DNA from: Candidatus Poribacteria bacterium
Lineage (GTDB): Bacteria; Poribacteria; WGA-4E; JAJDTR01
Reading direction: 5' to 3'
Length of the DNA stretch: 64,000 nt
NCBI GenBank assembly: GCA_965222225.1
Contig: CBDCTK010000002.1
Coordinates: 4,000,001-4,064,000 of the forward strand
Part shown: in pieces, positions 58,700 through 64,000 of the stretch
Numbering within the stretch: position 1 is the first letter of the stretch
How the letters are laid out: every line of letters begins with the position of its first letter
Translations under genes and position numbers: made by a program
Notes under the pieces: model-generated
What the model saw: only the letters and a program-made list of their open reading frames with translations
Database searches by the model: none
Told to the model about the DNA's origin: nothing

Positions 58700-59668
58700 A
58701 TGAATAAAGTAAGAATCGGCGCGATTGGCGTTGGCGGAATGGCAAGCGGCCACATGAAGCATTTGGCGGGATTCGACGATGTCGAATTTGCCGCCATGTG
58801 CGACATCTCGGAGGAGCGGGCTAACAACGCCTCTCAAGAATATGGAGGCACCCCTTACACCGACTACAAAGAAATGTACGAAAAGGAGGAGTTGGACGCC
58901 GTATACATCTGTACTCCTCCCTTCGTGCATGGGGAACAGGAGCTGATTGCGTGCGAAAAACGCATTCCATTTTTTATCGAGAAACCGGTCGGCACTTGTA
59001 GGGACGTGGCACAAGAGATTCATGAAGCCGTACAAAGCAGCGGCAATATTACCAGCGTCGGCTATCATTGGCGTTATCACGGTCACACGAGCAAAGCAAA
59101 AACCGCTCTGGAAGGCGCGAGCGTAGTGGGCGCGCTAGGCTACTGGATGGGCGGTATGCCGGGAGTTGCGTGGTGGCGCGTTCGCGCCGAGTCGGGCGGA
59201 CAACACGTTGAGCAGACGACCCACATTTTCGATCTGTGCCGCTATCTTGTCGGGAGTGATGTCGCCGCCGTGCACGGATTCGCTGCCCAAGGCAGTATGA
59301 CCGACGTTCCAAACTACGACGTCGACGACATGAGTGTTGTCAACCTTCACTTTTCCAGTGGCGCCGTTGCAAACATTACGTCTGCCTGTATGTTAGAGGG
59401 TTGGGGGCGCGTAAAGCTTGAAGTGTTTTGCCGCGGACTCGTCGTCGAAGTCAATTCCGGTGACACCGCTGTCAACCGCGCCGGGGAAACCGAATCGCTC
59501 GACAATGATGTCAACGGCTCTGTGCGCGAAGATCGAATCTTTATTGACGCCGTAAAGAGCGGAGATTCGTCGGAGATTCTCGCTCCTTATTCCGAAGGGC
59601 TGAAAACCTTGGAAGTTACGCTGGCGGCGAGTGAATCGTTCGCCCAGGGAAAGCAGATTAACCTGTAA
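58700..59668 (+). CDS. Gfo/Idh/MocA family oxidoreductase
   Basis: GAIGVGG, FIEKP and SGGQ.VEQ.TH..D. Confidence 0.92.
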   Translation: MNKVRIGAIGVGGMASGHMKHLAGFDDVEFAAMCDISEERANNASQEYGGTPYTDYKEMYEKEELDAVYICTPPFVHGEQELIACEKRIPFFIEKPVGTCRDVAQEIHEAVQSSGNITSVGYHWRYHGHTSKAKTALEGASVVGALGYWMGGMPGVAWWRVRAESGGQHVEQTTHIFDLCRYLVGSDVAAVHGFAAQGSMTDVPNYDVDDMSVVNLHFSSGAVANITSACMLEGWGRVKLEVFCRGLVVEVNSGDTAVNRAGETESLDNDVNGSVREDRIFIDAVKSGDSSEILAPYSEGLKTLEVTLAASESFAQGKQINL

Positions 59669-59704
59669 TCCTCGACCAATGCCGCGTAAGGCATATTGGG
59701 AAAA

Positions 59705-60400
59705 ATGGAATCTGAGTATCACATTCGGTTGAAAGATCTTCCGGCAGACGAGCGTCCGATGGAACGTCTCCGAGAGCATGGCCCCGAGGCACTGAAAACG
59801 TCGGAGTTGCTGGCAATCATTATCCGCACCGGAACCGGGCAAGCCACCGCCGTGCAGGTGGCGGAGCAGTTGTTGAAAAAGTACGATGGCAACCTGAAAC
59901 GAATCGCAGATGAGACTCCGCAGCAACTGGGAGAGGGTGTCAAGGGCTTGGGGGCGGTAAAGGCGGCTCAAATCAAAGCGTCTTTTGAGTTGGGACGACG
60001 AATGGCGTCGTATTTTGAGGAGAAATATCAAATCTCCGCGCCATCCGACGTTGCGCGGCTAATGATGTCATCCATGCGGGATCTCAAACAGGAGGTGTTG
60101 TACGTTCTCTGCCTTGATACCAAGCACAACGTAATCAAGAGGCGTCAAATCTTTGAGGGCAGCTTGAACGCCAGCATAATCCATCCCCGCGAGGTCTTTC
60201 GATTCGCCATTGAGGAGGCGGCAGCCGCAATTCTTCTGGTTCACAACCATCCATCCGGCGATCCCGCTCCGAGCAAAGAAGACATTCGGGCGACAAAGGA
60301 GTTAATCGCGGCGGGAAATCACATTCAAATCCCCGTGTTGGATCACATCATCATTGGGGATGGAGTCTATACGAGCTTGAAGGAGGAAGGAGGCATTTGA
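59705..60400 (+). CDS. radC: RadC/UPF0758 JAB-domain protein
   Basis: ERP.ERL, HPREVF, HNHPSGDP.PS.ED and LDHIII. Confidence 0.95.
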   Translation: MESEYHIRLKDLPADERPMERLREHGPEALKTSELLAIIIRTGTGQATAVQVAEQLLKKYDGNLKRIADETPQQLGEGVKGLGAVKAAQIKASFELGRRMASYFEEKYQISAPSDVARLMMSSMRDLKQEVLYVLCLDTKHNVIKRRQIFEGSLNASIIHPREVFRFAIEEAAAAILLVHNHPSGDPAPSKEDIRATKELIAAGNHIQIPVLDHIIIGDGVYTSLKEEGGI

Positions 60401-60643
60401 TGAGAAAGTCTTGTGTTTTTAGGAGTATTTGTGCAGAGATAGATAAAGCAATTTGCTGACACCGGCGAAAACGGAAAGAGCCAATCGCCCCGTAGGAGGG
60501 ATCAACTGAGCGGACAACGAAGGCGATAGAGATCCCTTCCGATTCCGGACAGGTCGCGATTCGGAGATCGCTCCTACAGACTCGACTGCGTAAGTCCTAT
60601 GTGTATAATTCTTGGTTGCAATGACTATGACAGGTGTATAGAT

Positions 60644-61414
60644 TCACTCGTGCGTCCTTTGCCGAAGAACCTCGTATAATAGCACTCCCGCCGCTACCGA
60701 CACGTTCAAAGACGGCAAATGACCGTGCATCGGTAGACGAACCAGCGAATCGCACTTTTCCCTCACGAGCCTTCGCAGTCCCGCCGCTTCATTGCCCAAG
60801 ACGAGACAAAGCGGCACCGCAAAATCGGCTTGTGTGTAGATTAGCGGCGCTTCCTGCTCAGCTCCGATAACCCAAAATCCAGAGTCTTTTATACGCTCGA
60901 TAGTTCGCGCGAGATTCGTGACTTGGGCAACCGGGATATATTCCGCGCTGCCCGCCGATGCCTTATGGACGGTTGTCGTTACCCCCACCGCTCTATTCTT
61001 TGGAATCACAATCCCATCCACGCCCGCAGCGTCGGCTGTGCGCATGACTGCGCCGAGGTTGTGCGGATCTTGAACCCCATCCAACATTACAATCAAGGGC
61101 GGGCGGTCTCCCCGTTCGTCCTGGATTTGCTCAAGCAGCGTTCCGATTTCCAAGTATTTCTTGGGACTGGCAATGGCGATAACTCCCTGATGAGGGATTG
61201 TTGACTCTAGTCGATCTAGTTCAATGCGGGGAACAAAATCACAGCGGATTCCCTTTTTCTGAGCGAGCGAGGTGATTTGACGAAGCCGTGGGTGGTCTCG
61301 TCCCTGCGCAATCTGGATTAGCTCAATCTCACGCTCACCTCCACGCAAGAGTTCCAACACGGAATTCCGTCCGACGATTGCATATGGGTTTGACGTTGTA
61401 TGATGATTATCCAT
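60644..61414 (-). CDS. rlmB: 23S rRNA Gm2251 methyltransferase (TrmH family)
   Basis: HQGV, DPHNLGA..R, GNE..GL and SLNVSVA. Confidence 0.93.
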   Translation of the reverse strand: MDNHHTTSNPYAIVGRNSVLELLRGGEREIELIQIAQGRDHPRLRQITSLAQKKGIRCDFVPRIELDRLESTIPHQGVIAIASPKKYLEIGTLLEQIQDERGDRPPLIVMLDGVQDPHNLGAVMRTADAAGVDGIVIPKNRAVGVTTTVHKASAGSAEYIPVAQVTNLARTIERIKDSGFWVIGAEQEAPLIYTQADFAVPLCLVLGNEAAGLRRLVREKCDSLVRLPMHGHLPSLNVSVAAGVLLYEVLRQRTHE

Positions 61415-61554
61415 TAGAATGCGTGCGTGTTCCTGACTGGGTTCAGCAAGTTTTGGTATTAAGGTTCATCTTCTGAACAACTAATGAGAATAGGATTGGA
61501 AGAGTGGAAGGTTGGAAGAACTCCTTCCACTCGCTGACATAGTTGATAACAACC

Positions 61555-63243
61555 TTATCCCGTAACCGCGCCTTCGGAAGCGGAAGAAACGCTCTTCGCG
61601 TACTTTGCAAATACGCCGCGGGTGTAGTGCGGTGCCGGCGCAGTCCAGGAGTCGAGCCGCGCACGCAACTCGTCATCCGACAGTTCCACGTCGATTCGCC
61701 GTTTCTCCACATCAATCACGACGATATCGCCATCCCGCAGCGCCGCAATCGGTCCGCCGCGCGCAGCTTCGGGAGCAACGTGACCAACCATAAAGCCGCG
61801 TGTGGCGCCCGAGAATCTTCCGTCGGTCAAGAGCGCCACCGACTCCCCAAGTCCGGCGCCGACAATTGCGGCGGTGATGCCAAGCATTTCGCGCATACCG
61901 GGACCGCCCGCCGGTCCCTCGTAGCGGATAGCCACCACATCACCGGGGTTGATTTTTCCACCCTTAATTGCCGCAAACGTATCCTCTTCACGTTCAAAAA
62001 CGCGGACAGGTCCTCGGTGAATCGTTCTCTCGCTGGCGGCGACCTTTATGACGCAACCGTCCGGCGCCAAGTTGCCGCGCAGGATGACCAGCCCGCCCGT
62101 TGGCTTGATAGCGTCCGATATCGGGCGAACAACCTCTTGCCCGTCCGTTTCCAGCGCTTTTGAAGCCTCGTCGCCGATGGAGTCCCCCGTCACCGTCAGT
62201 TCATCGGCGTGCAGAAGTCCCGCCTCAAGCAGCCTCTGAGCCACCAAGGGAATGCCGCCCGCCTGATGCAAATCGGCGGCAACAAAACGCCCTCCGGGCT
62301 TGAGGTCGACAAAAGTCGGCGTGCGGGAATTGATTTCTTGAAAATCGTCAATCTCGAATGGGATATTCGCTTCGCTTGCAATCGCGAGCAGGTGAAGCAC
62401 GCCGTTGGTTGACCCGCCGGTCGTCGCAATTGAGGCGACTGCATTCTCAAGTGACTTACGAGTTATGATTTGACTTGGTCGGCGATCGTGTTCCAGCATA
62501 TCCATGACAAGTTTCCCCGCCTCGAAAGCGACTTGGTCTTTGTCCGGGTGCGTTGCCGGGACACTTCCACTCCCCATTGGCGCAATGCCGAGCACTTCGA
62601 TTGCCGTCGCCATCGTGTTGGCTGTGAATTGACCGCCGCAGGCTCCCGGACCCGGGCAGCCCTTACTGACAAGGTCATCCAGTTCTTCAACGGTTATCGT
62701 TCCGTTGGCATGTTTACCCACTGCCTCGAACACGTCTTGGATAGTGACATCCTGCCCCTGAAACCTGCCGGGCATGATGGAGCCGCCGTAGATCACCAGC
62801 GACGGAATATCGAGACGCACCAGCGCCATGACGGTGCCGGGCACGGTCTTGTCACATCCGGAGAGGGCAACGACGCCGTCGAACATATTCCCGCGAGCCA
62901 CTAGCTCAATGGAATCCGCGACAACCTCGCGGCTAACGAGCGAAGCCTTCATCCCCTCGCTGCCCATCGTGATGCCATCCGAGATGCTGACGGTGTTAAA
63001 CTCCAGCGGTGTTCCGCCCGCGGCTCGAATCCCCTCTTTAACCTTTGCCGCGAGCCGCCGGAGATGGAAATTACACGGACCAATTTCAATCCACGTATTG
63101 GCAACGCCAATGATTGGACGGTCCAAATCTTCGGGGGACAATCCGCCGTCTCCGAACATTAGCATTGCCCGTGCAGCCGCTCTATCCGGTCCGTCGGTAA
63201 TTACATAGCTTTGGCGTTTGAGTTTACTTGACATGATGTTCAC
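61555..63243 (-). CDS. ilvD: Dihydroxy-acid dehydratase
   Basis: PCN, SDGI, CDKT, GACGGQFTANTM, GGSTN and TDGRFSG. Confidence 0.97.
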   Translation of the reverse strand: MNIMSSKLKRQSYVITDGPDRAAARAMLMFGDGGLSPEDLDRPIIGVANTWIEIGPCNFHLRRLAAKVKEGIRAAGGTPLEFNTVSISDGITMGSEGMKASLVSREVVADSIELVARGNMFDGVVALSGCDKTVPGTVMALVRLDIPSLVIYGGSIMPGRFQGQDVTIQDVFEAVGKHANGTITVEELDDLVSKGCPGPGACGGQFTANTMATAIEVLGIAPMGSGSVPATHPDKDQVAFEAGKLVMDMLEHDRRPSQIITRKSLENAVASIATTGGSTNGVLHLLAIASEANIPFEIDDFQEINSRTPTFVDLKPGGRFVAADLHQAGGIPLVAQRLLEAGLLHADELTVTGDSIGDEASKALETDGQEVVRPISDAIKPTGGLVILRGNLAPDGCVIKVAASERTIHRGPVRVFEREEDTFAAIKGGKINPGDVVAIRYEGPAGGPGMREMLGITAAIVGAGLGESVALLTDGRFSGATRGFMVGHVAPEAARGGPIAALRDGDIVVIDVEKRRIDVELSDDELRARLDSWTAPAPHYTRGVFAKYAKSVSSASEGAVTG

Positions 63244-63562
63244 TTTTTCCTATTGGTGTAGCAGTTTCATGCGGATTCAACCGCATGGCAATTTTTCCGG
63301 CGGTTCTTGCGCTATTTGCCCAAAAGTGGTATAACTTGCGTACTTCCGGCAACCAATCCATTTCTCTAAAATGACAATGTATCCCTGGGGTGAATTAAAG
63401 TCGCGATTCGGAGATCGCTCCTACCGGGTGTTCAACTGCGTATGTCCTGACACAATCCCGAACAATTGGAAAACTGTTTCATACGGAAACTTGGAATCGG
63501 CACATCTGAAGGGAAATTGCCGCGATAACACGAAGAGGCGTCGATTCCAAGTTTCCGGCTGA

Positions 63563-64000
63563 CTAGCTCATCCCCAACAAATCGCCGATTACCGTACCGT
63601 ATTTGGCGATTAACCCGGCAAATACGACGGAAACCATGGACATCAGTTTAATCAGGATATTCAGCGAAGGGCCGGATGTGTCTTTGAACGGATCGCCGAC
63701 GGTGTCGCCTACCACGGTGGCTTTGTGGTTTTCGGAGCCTTTGCCGCCATATGCGCCTTGCTCAATATATTTCTTGGCGTTATCCCAGGCGCCGCCTGCG
63801 TTCGCCATCATCACCGCGAGGACAAATCCGGTCGTAAGCCCGCCGGCGAGTAGACCGAGAACTCCCGCGACGTTGAAGACAAGTCCCACCGCTACAGGCA
63901 CGATAATCGCGATGAGTGACGGGAAAATCATCTCTTTCTGTGCGCCAGTTGTGGAGATTGCCACACATGTAGCATAGTCGGGCTTTACTTCGCCCTTCAT
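63563..64000 (-). CDS. hppA: Membrane-bound H+/Na+-translocating pyrophosphatase, C-terminal part
   Basis: [14 protein letters not shown] and [14 protein letters not shown]. The 5' part lies beyond the window. Confidence 0.95.
   Translation of the reverse strand: MKGEVKPDYATCVAISTTGAQKEMIFPSLIAIIVPVAVGLVFNVAGVLGLLAGGLTTGFVLAVMMANAGGAWDNAKKYIEQGAYGGKGSENHKATVVGDTVGDPFKDTSGPSLNILIKLMSMVSVVFAGLIAKYGTVIGDLLGMS

Overview
A bacterial chromosomal window of moderate GC with about 50 CDS. Gene content suggests Candidatus Poribacteria (inference): two PhyH dioxygenases, LamG proteins ending in a GKLxTxWG tail, an LRR-dockerin protein, and several Gfo/Idh/MocA and TIM-barrel sugar enzymes. Housekeeping genes are dapB, rpmB, rel, recJ, rsmD, radC, rlmB, ilvD and the 3' end of hppA. 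Defence genes are a type II R-M pair, a type I R-M locus carrying Fic and small cargo genes, and a RelE-type toxin-antitoxin pair. Main discovery: a gene the ORF track truncates (24447..23749, minus strand) reads signal peptide, then U-S-A-U (two in-frame TGA codons), then a SECIS-like hairpin, then an outer-membrane beta-barrel-like domain. It is a candidate double-selenocysteine (UxxU) exported selenoprotein. Second: a 35-37 nt mini-element occurs at more than 20 intergenic sites, inserts into REP palindromes and into itself (nested up to three deep), and has an empty/filled site pair inside the window. Also notable are a putative amidohydrolase-fold oxygenase/Rieske/DMFase-like operon, a structured dapB leader, an acidic protein ending in the SSB-like tail DDIPF, a MITE and a decaying TonB triplication. 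Four single-base frameshifts all fall at homopolymers and may be sequencing errors. No rRNA, tRNA or CRISPR array was seen.
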